NCBI GenBank assembly: GCA_021818465.1
Contig: JAKAEA010000001.1
Span: 105,972-169,971, forward strand
Direction: 5' to 3'
Source of the DNA: a bacterium
GTDB taxonomy: Bacteria > Patescibacteriota > Minisyncoccia > Phycocordibacterales > JAKAEA01
Length of the DNA stretch: 64,000 bases
Shown here: positions 1 through 9,809 of the stretch, piece by piece
How positions within the stretch are numbered: position 1 is the first letter of the stretch
How the letters are laid out: each line of letters starts with the position of its first letter
Notes under the pieces: model-generated
Databases searched by the model: none
What the model was told of the DNA's origin: nothing
Seen by the model: only the letters and a program-made list of their open reading frames with translations
Translations under genes and position numbers: made by a program

Positions 1-1
1 T

Positions 2-1018
2 GATGCTGTTGAGTGTAGCGTTAGCGCCGGTAAGTTGGGGCGATAGTTGTCCTGTAAAAGCACTTGCGAGATTGGAGGCTGTGATGTGGCCGCTATAAAG
101 TAACATTGCAACCACAAAAACGAGGATTACGTATAGCGGAGCAAATAATAGTTGACCAGATAATGTTTCCCACCATTGTTTTGAGATTTCTTGAAGGCGA
201 CCAGGTACAACAGAAAAAAGAAAAGCAACAGGTGAAAGAATCATAAGAAAAATAAAAAGAACAAAACGAATTACAAAGAGCAAAGCAGCTGTAAACAGAG
301 TAATTGCAACTATGATAAAAAACACAGAGCCACCAATACCAACGATAAGAATTTGAAAAAGTCCCAAATGAGCAAGAGAACTTATCGAAGAAGTTGATAA
401 CATCGGAACTCCATATATACTCGTAAGTCCCAATGCTCTAACAAAAACTGTAGAAAATGAGGTATTCGTCGGTCCTATAATATGCAATATCATGTTATAA
501 AAAGAGATAGTCAGGATATTTGATGCGTCAATAAGAAGTTGGGTAAAAAATAAACTAAAGTTAACAAGCAGACCAACAATAATCAGATTTCTCATCAAGC
601 GTTTTACTTTGCCGCCATTAAAGCCGATGATTTCTTGAATACCAAGATATATAGCTATAAAAATAAAAATAAGATTACCGAGATCGCGAATATCTGCCCA
701 GCCTTCATTTATAAACGAAAGAGCCAGATTTGCTTTCATTTGAACAACCGTGTAATTCATGATTGTGTCAAAGAGAAGACCTGCTAAAGCAACTGCCCAT
801 GCAGCTATGGTCAAAGCTGCATAAGATATTGAGGCGGCTATTTCATAAAAAGTACACAGTAAATCATTACCCACATGTGTTAATCCCGTATTTCCGCATG
901 CGCTACCGGCACTAATACTTCCCGCACTTGCTGCTTGTGCCACAAGTGGTGAAAATATACTAACAACAATAAGTATCAGTATGATAAGGGGAATTATTTT
1001 TTTAAAAGTTTGATACAT
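2..1018 (-). CDS. VirB6/TrbL-like polytopic membrane protein of the CPR type (3' end runs off the window)
   Basis: Not in ORF track; translated by hand from ATG at 1018: MYQTFKKIIPLIILILIVVSIFSPLVAQAA..., multiple TM segments, GWADIRDLGNLIFIF and LLVNFSLFFTQLLIDASN motifs typical of CPR VirB6-like proteins. Confidence 0.65.
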   Translation of the reverse strand, partial: MYQTFKKIIPLIILILIVVSIFSPLVAQAASAGSISAGSACGNTGLTHVGNDLLCTFYEIAASISYAALTIAAWAVALAGLLFDTIMNYTVVQMKANLALSFINEGWADIRDLGNLIFIFIAIYLGIQEIIGFNGGKVKRLMRNLIIVGLLVNFSLFFTQLLIDASNILTISFYNMILHIIGPTNTSFSTVFVRALGLTSIYGVPMLSTSSISSLAHLGLFQILIVGIGGSVFFIIVAITLFTAALLFVIRFVLFIFLMILSPVAFLFSVVPGRLQEISKQWWETLSGQLLFAPLYVILVFVVAMLLYSGHITASNLASAFTGQLSPQLTGANATLNSI

Positions 1019-1064
1019 ACATTAACTATTGCAACAATCTACGCCCACAACCCATTTCAATTAA

Positions 1065-3173
1065 TTATAGTGAAACAGATGGGGCACCAGCAACTTGCAC
1101 GAATCGCTGAACACTACTAGAAACGCCATACGAATCGGTCGCAGTATATGTAATGATATAGTTTTGACCGCTTTGAAGGAGTGTGGACGAATCGATTTGT
1201 GTGCCCGTTTGATCAGTATATGTGGGAGTAACAGAGACAGTATTACCATTAGCATCAGTGGCAGTAGCGCCAACGTCATAGGTGCCTATTGGTTGGCCGG
1301 AAGTACCTTGTACCGTTTGGCTACCGTTTAAGGTGATGGTGGGGCCGGGGTCTTGATACACTTCTACTTGGGCAAGTTGCAACGAGCCTATTTGTAGACC
1401 TTGAATAACTATATAACGACCACTTTCTGTTTGATTAAGTGTAAGTGTGTAGGGATTGCTGCCGAATGTTGACATAGGAGAATAATTAGCACTGCTATCC
1501 CAAACAGGGTTGTGATTCTGATCCTCAATAATTACCTTGAAGGTGGGAGGGATTCCAGTCGGGCTAACATTCCAGTTTTGTGTAGGATTGTGAGGATATA
1601 CTACAATTTTGAAAATATTATTTACTTGTTGACCGAGATCGATAGTGAAAGAACCTATTTGATTGTTGGGGATAGTTAGAGAACCACTAAAACTGCCTGT
1701 TCCGTTAATGTTTCCCATATTGGTGTTGCCATCGGTTAGATTTTCAGGACCATAACCAGCAGCGCTCCCCGGATATGCTGTTACTGTAGTATTGAGAGCG
1801 ATATTTTTAGGATTGTTACTATTTTGGTTATTTGATGATGTTGCATTGGATGTATTACCACCAGTATTAGAAATGCCATTGTTGTTTAGAGCGGCGTTAT
1901 TGAGTCCATTAGAAAGTTGTCCAAGATTACTCGAAGCATTATTTACAGCTGATTGTTCGCCAGTTTGTGAGTTGGCGTATATAGAAGACCACGAACCACT
2001 TTGAGAGCCAGCCGCCACAAGACCACCTTGGCCTAAACCAAGAGCCCCCAAACCAGTTGAAAGAAGTTGATTAAAAAGAGCGTTAAAAATTTGATCTAAA
2101 TCGCTAGCGACACCTAATTGGTTTGCTGGTATATCAAGTTGATTTTGTAAAACACCAGCTATTGTTGTGCCAGGAGTAGTGATAGTGCACGAATCTTTAG
2201 AAGGGTTGGAATATATTGGCTTTCCATTTGCATTCTTACCAATTTGAATTGCTCCCGTGGGGGTTGTGGTGGGTGCGGGTGTGGAACCATTAACAACTCC
2301 TGTTGCAGATACGAGTGGCCCATTACCTCCCGGTGCTACATAAGAATAGGAAGCAGTAACATTTCCCTTTGAGTCATATACGTTATGAGTACAATCCGTT
2401 TGAGATAAAAAGCCATTACCCCACCCAAGTTCGGAGGCGTTAACGTTTATTTGTTGAGTAGCTTGTGCCTGAATAGCGTTAGATGTATCTAAAAAAGCAC
2501 CATAAGGATTATATTGATCATTCATGCTTATGGCCAGAAAAGCATTCCAGTTTTGAAAACTTTGATAAGCATTATTTACATTCCCCACAATTTCAGCAAG
2601 AGAACAACCATTGTAGTAATTATTGTAGTTATTGATCGGCCCGACACCAAAATTCACTTCTAGACCGGCCAAAAGTTGTGCTCTAAAAGGGCTACATAAA
2701 TCAATGCCAAATGTTCCTTCACTAATACTATTTAGAGCGTTGGCAAGAACTTGGTCGCCAACATTTTGAAAAAATTCACTCGGGTTGCCCACAAAAGCTG
2801 GTGAGCCTTGAAAACCGCTGTCGATGTAGGTGACTATCTGCTGTGTCATTTCAGCGAGAAGCATTCGGCCGATGGAAAGAGCTAGGCCCTCCTCGATACA
2901 ATTTTTGACGAGACTAGCAAGACTATTACCAGCCGTTTCTGCTTGGGCAAAAGTTTGTCCGTTTGCGGCCACAGGAACCGATGTAACAGCAGCAGCAGTA
3001 CCCGAACCCAATGATGTGTTTACGGCTGAAATAAAAGCGGACGCGCAACTGGAAAAATCTGCATGCGCTGGTTGAGGAGGCGTGAGTGCGAAAACGGTAG
3101 GTATCGTCAGACTTACAGCTAAAATAACCACCAGTGTTTTTTTCCAGAAAGTTATTTTAGTGAATCGATTCAT
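1065..3173 (-). CDS. Secreted/surface protein, CPR-type N-terminal region plus discoidin (F5/8 type C-like) and C-terminal Ig-like (DUF5011-like) domains
   Basis: Signal peptide (AHA|D); NIAL..NLTDGN..FTIDLG..GRYIVI..LQLAQVEVY discoidin pattern; PTITLNG..GATATD..YIITYTATD..VQRFVQV Ig pattern. Confidence 0.7.
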   Translation of the reverse strand: MNRFTKITFWKKTLVVILAVSLTIPTVFALTPPQPAHADFSSCASAFISAVNTSLGSGTAAAVTSVPVAANGQTFAQAETAGNSLASLVKNCIEEGLALSIGRMLLAEMTQQIVTYIDSGFQGSPAFVGNPSEFFQNVGDQVLANALNSISEGTFGIDLCSPFRAQLLAGLEVNFGVGPINNYNNYYNGCSLAEIVGNVNNAYQSFQNWNAFLAISMNDQYNPYGAFLDTSNAIQAQATQQINVNASELGWGNGFLSQTDCTHNVYDSKGNVTASYSYVAPGGNGPLVSATGVVNGSTPAPTTTPTGAIQIGKNANGKPIYSNPSKDSCTITTPGTTIAGVLQNQLDIPANQLGVASDLDQIFNALFNQLLSTGLGALGLGQGGLVAAGSQSGSWSSIYANSQTGEQSAVNNASSNLGQLSNGLNNAALNNNGISNTGGNTSNATSSNNQNSNNPKNIALNTTVTAYPGSAAGYGPENLTDGNTNMGNINGTGSFSGSLTIPNNQIGSFTIDLGQQVNNIFKIVVYPHNPTQNWNVSPTGIPPTFKVIIEDQNHNPVWDSSANYSPMSTFGSNPYTLTLNQTESGRYIVIQGLQIGSLQLAQVEVYQDPGPTITLNGSQTVQGTSGQPIGTYDVGATATDANGNTVSVTPTYTDQTGTQIDSSTLLQSGQNYIITYTATDSYGVSSSVQRFVQVAGAPSVSL

Positions 3174-4132
3174 TGGGATTGGGTTGTGGTTGTAAACATG
3201 GCGCCTGCTTCAGTGGAAGTGAACGTTACGTTGCGTTTGATAAATAATGGATTGAAAGCCGACAAGTCATTGTAAACTGAGCTGGCAATAGAAGCATAAT
3301 TTTGAATGGCGGCTATTGCTGTAACAGGGTCGGTAAAAAGTTTTTGCATCCCCTCTATACTATTTAACGCTCTACTAAAATCATTAATGAGAGCGAGATG
3401 CAAACTTGCGGCTTGTGAAGGAACAGAAATTGCCAGTAAACCAGTAACAATACCACTGTAGGAAGCTTTTATTATAGCAAGATTAGCTAAATCTTTTGGG
3501 TTGTTGCTGTTGACAGCGGTTTGGACGATATCTAATTCATTAAGACCCGAAGGAACACTATTTTTTTTAAACACTATACCGAGTGCATTACCGTATGTAT
3601 GAAAAGCGGCCGAAGAATTGTCTTGACTTACGATGATATCCTGTGTGGTAAAAATTTTTGCTTGCGGGATGTAGCTAGTGACGTTACTGTTGGCAATCAA
3701 GCTGGGAATCAATGATTGTGCATCACTTGCAGTTAATTGTTGACCCGATTGTTTCATGGCGAGGTATTCCCGAATAAAATTTTGTGAAAGCACTTCGGTG
3801 GCGGTTAGTGGCGGTGTTTGGACGGCATCATTAATTGTATTCGTGCTACTGGAAGTATTGCTTCCTGTGGTGCTTTGTGATGAGGTGGCTAGTTGAGTCA
3901 ATTCAGCCTCTATTTTTTGGTATACCTGATCAGTAAGACCAGTGGCGTTGGCTTGATTAACAATGGCCAATGAGGATTTTGTTGCGGATGCTGTATCAGT
4001 TGAGGGATTATAAAAAATACTAAGCGCAACTAACCCCACAACAACAATACATATAGCCACAATGGGCACTACCTTTTTTGACGGCATTAAGGTAAGAAAT
4101 TTCGGGCCATTAGTTGGCGTCGAGTCTTTCAT
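3170..4132 (-). CDS. Hypothetical membrane-anchored protein
   Basis: 320 aa ORF, single N-terminal TM, stop overlaps start of downstream gene (ATGA). Confidence 0.75.
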   Translation of the reverse strand: MKDSTPTNGPKFLTLMPSKKVVPIVAICIVVVGLVALSIFYNPSTDTASATKSSLAIVNQANATGLTDQVYQKIEAELTQLATSSQSTTGSNTSSSTNTINDAVQTPPLTATEVLSQNFIREYLAMKQSGQQLTASDAQSLIPSLIANSNVTSYIPQAKIFTTQDIIVSQDNSSAAFHTYGNALGIVFKKNSVPSGLNELDIVQTAVNSNNPKDLANLAIIKASYSGIVTGLLAISVPSQAASLHLALINDFSRALNSIEGMQKLFTDPVTAIAAIQNYASIASSVYNDLSAFNPLFIKRNVTFTSTEAGAMFTTTTQSQ

Positions 4133-4152
4133 ATATTATTATTATAGCGCAT

Positions 4153-5268
4153 ATGAAAAAAAATTTTTTCCTCAGTGTGGCACTTTTAGCGACTTCGTCT
4201 ATAGGGCAGCTTGTTCCTGGTGTGTATAATCCACAAGTCTCTGTGCTTCAAGCACTCTTAAACAAGAATCCAGCAACTGCCGTTGCGGTGCGCGGCCCAG
4301 GTTCGGCGGGACAAGAAACTGATTTTTTTGGACCAGAAACTTTTGCTGCTCTGAAGCGATTTCAAGCCTTGTACGCAAACGATATACTGGCACCGTGGGG
4401 ACTTACGGCGCCAACAGGATTTCTCGGTCCACTCACATTGGAAAAACTTAATGCAATTGCGTATCAAACAATATCGCCAATTACAATTACAAACGTGTCA
4501 AGCGACCCATTGGCACCATATCGTGTAGCAACAGGTACGGTTGATATATACAGTACTGATAGAAAAATTATTCAGATACAAAATACTATTTATACAGCGG
4601 TGAATACTGCACTAACCGCTCACCAGGCGCCCCAAATAGACACCCTAAGCTTACCGGGGCTTACCGGGTCAGTATTATTAACAAAGGTGAATAACCAAGC
4701 AGCGTCTGCTGGTGCCACAATAATTGTTGCAGCGCAAAATCTTGATCTTGGTCCAAACAATAACGTGTATTTTACTGCTGACCCTGGGGGTGTTGCTGAG
4801 ACGACGGGTGTTGTCAATAAAGCTATGCCAACATTCGTCATTAAAAATCTAAATTCTTTTTCAGACACTCTCTCTTTTACTTTGCCCAATTTCCCTGCCG
4901 GCCGATACGATATTGCCGTTGGCAATAGTCACGGTATAAGCAACACCACTTTTTTTGTAGTGACTACATCTATATCGCCAACTGTTTCTATGACTTCCCT
5001 TTCTTCATCGTCAGTTCGTTGGGGCGGTATGATAACTATATACGGTAGTGGTTTTACTAAAACAGGCAATGAAGTTTTTACCACGTTTGATACAATTCCA
5101 GAAGTAGCCTCGCCTGACGGCCATTCATTAACAGTACAAATCGCGCCAGAACAAATGAAGGGGGAAGCGGCGTTGGGTAGCGGTGCAATTTCAGTACCTG
5201 ACACTATCACCGTGGTAAATGATAATGGCTATACAATCACCCCCGAGAGTTTTTCAGTTAAAATCTAA
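4153..5268 (+). CDS. Peptidoglycan-binding domain protein with IPT/TIG-like Ig domains
   Basis: Start moved to MKKNFF (signal peptide); LQALLN..ETDFFGPETFAALKRFQ..TGFLGPLT..KLN PG-binding pattern; ITIYGSGFT..N IPT pattern. Confidence 0.75.
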   Translation: MKKNFFLSVALLATSSIGQLVPGVYNPQVSVLQALLNKNPATAVAVRGPGSAGQETDFFGPETFAALKRFQALYANDILAPWGLTAPTGFLGPLTLEKLNAIAYQTISPITITNVSSDPLAPYRVATGTVDIYSTDRKIIQIQNTIYTAVNTALTAHQAPQIDTLSLPGLTGSVLLTKVNNQAASAGATIIVAAQNLDLGPNNNVYFTADPGGVAETTGVVNKAMPTFVIKNLNSFSDTLSFTLPNFPAGRYDIAVGNSHGISNTTFFVVTTSISPTVSMTSLSSSSVRWGGMITIYGSGFTKTGNEVFTTFDTIPEVASPDGHSLTVQIAPEQMKGEAALGSGAISVPDTITVVNDNGYTITPESFSVKI

Positions 5269-5657
5269 TGAAAATAGTATCAATTATTTTGGGAGGAGTG
5301 CTGATGAGTGTAATCGGATTATTACTACCGTTGCGTTCGTTTGCGGCCACCTCAGTTTCTTTTGGGGGATTTGATACGGCTATGTTGCCATGTACATGTG
5401 AAGCCGGATCATTCTCGTGGCAATTTTTTATGCCACTTTATTTGAATAACCCCACGCCTACATTCGGGGCCATGGTAGCTCCTCCAATCGTTGGTTTTTC
5501 AACATATTATGTTAGGCCTAGTACATGGGCTTTGGGTACGTATATACCTGCCGCTGGAGTTTGTATGATTGGTGTTGAACCGTACTGTTTCTCTATGCCT
5601 AATTTAGGCCTTATTTCTCCGGAAACAGGCGTGTCGCCCGTTGCCGCCTTTCCCTAA
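5268..5657 (+). CDS. Small secreted Cys-containing hypothetical protein
   Basis: Signal peptide, FGG and CTC motifs, four Cys; start overlaps upstream stop. Confidence 0.7.
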   Translation: MKIVSIILGGVLMSVIGLLLPLRSFAATSVSFGGFDTAMLPCTCEAGSFSWQFFMPLYLNNPTPTFGAMVAPPIVGFSTYYVRPSTWALGTYIPAAGVCMIGVEPYCFSMPNLGLISPETGVSPVAAFP

Positions 5658-6451
5658 TTAAATTTTTTTTCTGCCAAAATAATCCATTGGGAGAGTGGTA
5701 CATCTTCTGCTCGAGAAGAGATGTTGATGTTTGTGTCTGTAAAAAATTCTTCCGATGTCAAACCGTATTCTTGAATCAGAGTCGCTATGTTGTTTTTGAG
5801 CATTTTACGTTTGTGACCGAAACCAGCTTTTACTAGTTGAAAAAATTTTTTTTCTTTAGTTTCGTCGCTAAAATTTTTTTTGGAAATATTTTTTATATGT
5901 AAAATAGCCGAATCAACTTTTGGCGGTGGTGAAAAAAGATTACGAGAAACCGTTTTGATGTACTGCGGCTCACCGTAGGCTTTGACACTTATGGAAAGTA
6001 AGCTCTCCTTGCCGTCGCGGGCGACGATACGTCGAGCGACTTCTTTTTGTACGAGTAATGTCATAGTAACCGGTTGTTTTTTTGCACTCAAGAATTTTTC
6101 TAAAATTGCACCGGTAATATAATACGGAATATTAGCAACAATTTTATAAGACGTTGTTGAAATATCTAGTGGATTAAACTCAAGCACATCCTTTTCTTTC
6201 AAAATAAGTTTTTTTTCAGCTAATGCTATTGCAAAATGTTGTGTTAAGACAGGAATCAGGCGATGATCTTTTTCTAAAGCGATGACCGTTGCTCCTGTAT
6301 TAAGCAGTGTTGTGGTGAGGGTTCCTGTGCCGGGGCCGATCTCTACCACCGTGTCACCAGGTTTGATTTCTGCGGTGGTGCACATTGTATTCAATACTGA
6401 TTGGGCTCTAAGAAAATGTTGGCCGAGTGATTTTTTTTGCGCTATAGACAT
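5654..6451 (-). CDS. rsmA: 16S rRNA m6,2A dimethyltransferase RsmA/KsgA
   Basis: KKSLGQHFL, EIGPGTG, ANIPYYIT, PPPKVDSA motifs. Confidence 0.97.
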   Translation of the reverse strand: MSIAQKKSLGQHFLRAQSVLNTMCTTAEIKPGDTVVEIGPGTGTLTTTLLNTGATVIALEKDHRLIPVLTQHFAIALAEKKLILKEKDVLEFNPLDISTTSYKIVANIPYYITGAILEKFLSAKKQPVTMTLLVQKEVARRIVARDGKESLLSISVKAYGEPQYIKTVSRNLFSPPPKVDSAILHIKNISKKNFSDETKEKKFFQLVKAGFGHKRKMLKNNIATLIQEYGLTSEEFFTDTNINISSRAEDVPLSQWIILAEKKFN

Positions 6452-6453
6452 TT

Positions 6454-8415
6454 TTAATCAAAATAAATAGTTTTAATACCCGTTTTCTTTTTACCCTGAT
6501 GTTCTTCTAGTATAGTTAAATCATCGTCCATATCCATAATAAATTCTGATGGCACATTGACTTGTTTTGATCCAAAAACGGTGCGAATACCAGCATAAGA
6601 CATATACACTTTTTTGCGAGCGCGAGTAAGTGCAACATAAAAAAGTCGACGTTCCTCTTCATCATCATGTCCGTCGGATTTTCCGGCACTCTCGCCGCCA
6701 AGACGTTCGTGCGGAAAAAGTCCTTCTTCAAGTCCGCTTATAAAAACATAATCAAATTCCAAACCTTTAGAGGCGTGTACGGTCATAAGTTTTACAGCAT
6801 CTTCATTTTTTACGAGTGTATCTTGGTCTGAAGCAAGCGCGGCGTCAGTGAGCAGTTGTTCTATTCCCTCTTCTGGAGTAAAACTGTCATAACGAACAGC
6901 CAAACTCGCCAGTTCCTTAATATTTTCTAGGCGCTCAATATCTTCTTCAGATGATGCTTTTTTTAAAGCTTCTTCTATGCCTGAACGCTGTACGACAAAT
7001 TTAATAGTTTCGCTTGGTAGTTTAGAAAGAGCGTGCTGACGAATATCATCAAGGATTCGGTAAAACTCATCAATTTTTTGACGTGAAGCGTGTGGTAAGC
7101 TATCGCGCTGCCCAGAAAGAATTTTTGCTAAAGTCACTTTTCCAATGCCGCGGGGCGGCACATTAATAATGCGACGTATATCAGATAGACTATCTGCATC
7201 AAGAGCTGCGCGTATGTATGACAAAACATCTTTAACCTCCTTCCGTTCAAAAAAGCGCGTGCCGAGAACCTGGTAGTTAATTTTATGATGTAAAAAAGCT
7301 TCTTCAAGAACGCGTGATTGAAAGTTGGCGCGATAGAGTATGGCGATTTCGCGCGGGGACACGCCGCTCGCTATATGATCAGCCGCTTTTTGAGCTATAA
7401 AATCAGCCTCATCGGCTTCATCGTAGGCGCCATAGATTCCAATGGGATCACCATCAGCATTTTGAGTGAATAGTTTTTTTTCACGTCGTCGAACATTTTT
7501 TTCTATAATTCTGTTGGCTGCTTCTAAAATTGTTTTAGTCGATCGGTAGTTTTGTTCAAGTAAAATTACAATTGCATCGGGATAATCTTTTTCAAAATTA
7601 AGAATATTATCTAATGTCGCTCCTCGCCAAGAATAAATCATTTGATCTATATCGCCCACCACACAAATATTTTTATATTTAGCGGCAATAAGGCGAGTAA
7701 TTTGGTATTGCACTTGATTGGTGTCCTGATATTCATCAATATGAATATAGCGCCAGAGATTTTGATATCGTTCAAGAATATCGGGGTGTTTTTTAAAAAT
7801 CCAAACAGTTTTAAGGAGTAGATCGTCAAAATCCAAAGCTTTTTCTTTAGTAAGAATTGCTTCATAATTCTCCCAAATTCTACTGACGATAGTTGGATAA
7901 AAATCGCGGCCAGTTTCTTCTTTGTATAGTGCTAAGGTTTGAGAATTTCCTTTTGCACGAGAAATGGTCCCGAGAATTTTGTTGGGGTCGAATTGTTTAG
8001 GGTCAATGCCCGTTTCCTCCATGGCTTGTTTAATCGCACGCTTAGAATCGTTTCGGTCAAAAATAGCAAAACGCTTATTAAGACCAAGTATGTGGGCATT
8101 TTCTTTTATAATATGTACACCAAGAGCGTGAAAGGTACTGACAAATGGTCGTTCAGTAAAAGAAGAAGGACGATTAAGTTCAGTATCACTTTCTAAACGG
8201 TGATTGACGCGCTCGACCATTTCTTTAGCTGCTTTGTTAGTAAAGGTTACCGCCAAAATCTCAGATGGAGCAATACCTGTCTTGATAAGTCGTATAATTC
8301 GTTCTGTAATGGTTTTTGTTTTTCCCGCGCCTGCACCTGCAATAATTAACAAAGGGCCGTCTTTATGGAAAACAGCTCTTTGTTGGGCCGTATTTAATGA
8401 ATTTTCTTGACTCAT
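6454..8415 (-). CDS. pcrA: ATP-dependent DNA helicase PcrA/UvrD
   Basis: AGAGAGKT, TFTNKAA, DEYQD, QNYRS, TVHASKGLEF, EERRLFYVA; start moved to MSQENSLN. Confidence 0.95.
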   Translation of the reverse strand: MSQENSLNTAQQRAVFHKDGPLLIIAGAGAGKTKTITERIIRLIKTGIAPSEILAVTFTNKAAKEMVERVNHRLESDTELNRPSSFTERPFVSTFHALGVHIIKENAHILGLNKRFAIFDRNDSKRAIKQAMEETGIDPKQFDPNKILGTISRAKGNSQTLALYKEETGRDFYPTIVSRIWENYEAILTKEKALDFDDLLLKTVWIFKKHPDILERYQNLWRYIHIDEYQDTNQVQYQITRLIAAKYKNICVVGDIDQMIYSWRGATLDNILNFEKDYPDAIVILLEQNYRSTKTILEAANRIIEKNVRRREKKLFTQNADGDPIGIYGAYDEADEADFIAQKAADHIASGVSPREIAILYRANFQSRVLEEAFLHHKINYQVLGTRFFERKEVKDVLSYIRAALDADSLSDIRRIINVPPRGIGKVTLAKILSGQRDSLPHASRQKIDEFYRILDDIRQHALSKLPSETIKFVVQRSGIEEALKKASSEEDIERLENIKELASLAVRYDSFTPEEGIEQLLTDAALASDQDTLVKNEDAVKLMTVHASKGLEFDYVFISGLEEGLFPHERLGGESAGKSDGHDDEEERRLFYVALTRARKKVYMSYAGIRTVFGSKQVNVPSEFIMDMDDDLTILEEHQGKKKTGIKTIYFD

Positions 8416-8447
8416 GTAATTTACTATTGGTGACTGGGGAAAAAGGT

Positions 8448-8477
8448 TTGACACTAGCTTTTTATTACCCCTATACT
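8448..8477 (+). promoter_or_regulatory. Sigma70 promoter upstream of M23 gene leader
   Basis: TTGACA (8448-8453), 18 bp, TATACT (8472-8477). Confidence 0.65.
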
Positions 8478-8627
8478 GGCTAGAGCGCTTCAATCATCCC
8501 AGGCGCTATTATTCTGAATTGGCTTAGTACTGCAACGAAAGATTCCCGACTATCTGCACTAAACACACGGCTTATTATATACTCTCCACAAGACCCTCGT
8601 CGATCTTACATAACGACCCTCGACCTG

Positions 8628-9809
8628 GTGAAATATGGAACAGCACTATTTTTTTGCTTATGTATAAGCATTACTGCTGTTATTGGAATTAATATTCAAC
8701 CAGCGCATGCGGGTTTCTTTTCCGATATCACTAGTTTTTTTACTGGTTGGGGAAATTCTACTAAGGTTGATGCTCCTAATTCTCAACAAATGCCGATTCT
8801 TCAGGCGCCAATCAATAGTGGAGATGTACAAGTTCTTGGTACAAGCACACAATCGGCTAATGCCGCACTACTCTCATCTCTTTATGAACAGACGGTTAAA
8901 GCAAATGAGGCTATTTCTTCTCCCACCTCATCCTCGCCTTCTTCGTATGTTGTAGCATCCGGAGACACGCTTTGGAAGATTGCTAATACATTTAATATTA
9001 CTCTCAATACTCTACTGACTGCCAATCATCTGACAAAAAAAAGTTTTATACATATCGGTGAAAAATTAATCATCCCCACTTCCGGAGTGACACCTACTAC
9101 AAATACTGGTGTCAATACTAGCACTGCACCATCCTCTAGTATCCAAACCAATGCTCAATCCGTATCTCCCACAACATACACTGTGCATTCCGGCGATACT
9201 CTTTTTTCTATATCTAAAAAATATGGTGTAAGTGTTACCGCTATTAAATCAGCTAACGGAATGAAGAAAGACACTATTTTTATAGGAGAAAAAATCACCA
9301 TTCCTTCATTGATTCAAGTGAAAGATTCAGTGTCATATTCAGCTCCTGTTTCTTCCCTTCCCGCTGCTCCCGCGTTAGCAACTAAAATTACTTCTGCAGT
9401 TATAATGATTCCTGCTTCAGCCCATAAAATATTTTCTCCAGATGGTTACTATATGCGACCGATTGTGGGTGGCTACAAAAGTCAGGGCATTCATAGCCAT
9501 AATGCAGTTGATTTAGCTGATACGTGTGGTACGCCCATTTATGCTTCAGCGTCAGGCACGGTAGTAATTTCTAAAGACAACGGAGATTGGAATGGTGGGT
9601 ATGGAAATTATGTGGAAATTGACCATCCTAATAAAACGCAAACACTGTATGCACACATGCAAACTGTTATTGTGTCGGTAAACCAAGCGGTTGTACAAGG
9701 TCAGGAGATTGGTACTATAGGTAATACCGGGGATGTTGTTAAAGAAGGAGGAACTGGTTGTCATGTGCATTTTGAAATACACAACAACGGTTATGCAAAT
9801 CCGTTCTAG
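8628..9809 (+). CDS. LysM-domain M23 family peptidase
   Basis: Two LysM repeats (YVVASGDTLWKIA, YTVHSGDTLFSIS), HNAVD and HVHFE M23 zinc motifs. Confidence 0.93.
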   Translation: MKYGTALFFCLCISITAVIGINIQPAHAGFFSDITSFFTGWGNSTKVDAPNSQQMPILQAPINSGDVQVLGTSTQSANAALLSSLYEQTVKANEAISSPTSSSPSSYVVASGDTLWKIANTFNITLNTLLTANHLTKKSFIHIGEKLIIPTSGVTPTTNTGVNTSTAPSSSIQTNAQSVSPTTYTVHSGDTLFSISKKYGVSVTAIKSANGMKKDTIFIGEKITIPSLIQVKDSVSYSAPVSSLPAAPALATKITSAVIMIPASAHKIFSPDGYYMRPIVGGYKSQGIHSHNAVDLADTCGTPIYASASGTVVISKDNGDWNGGYGNYVEIDHPNKTQTLYAHMQTVIVSVNQAVVQGQEIGTIGNTGDVVKEGGTGCHVHFEIHNNGYANPF

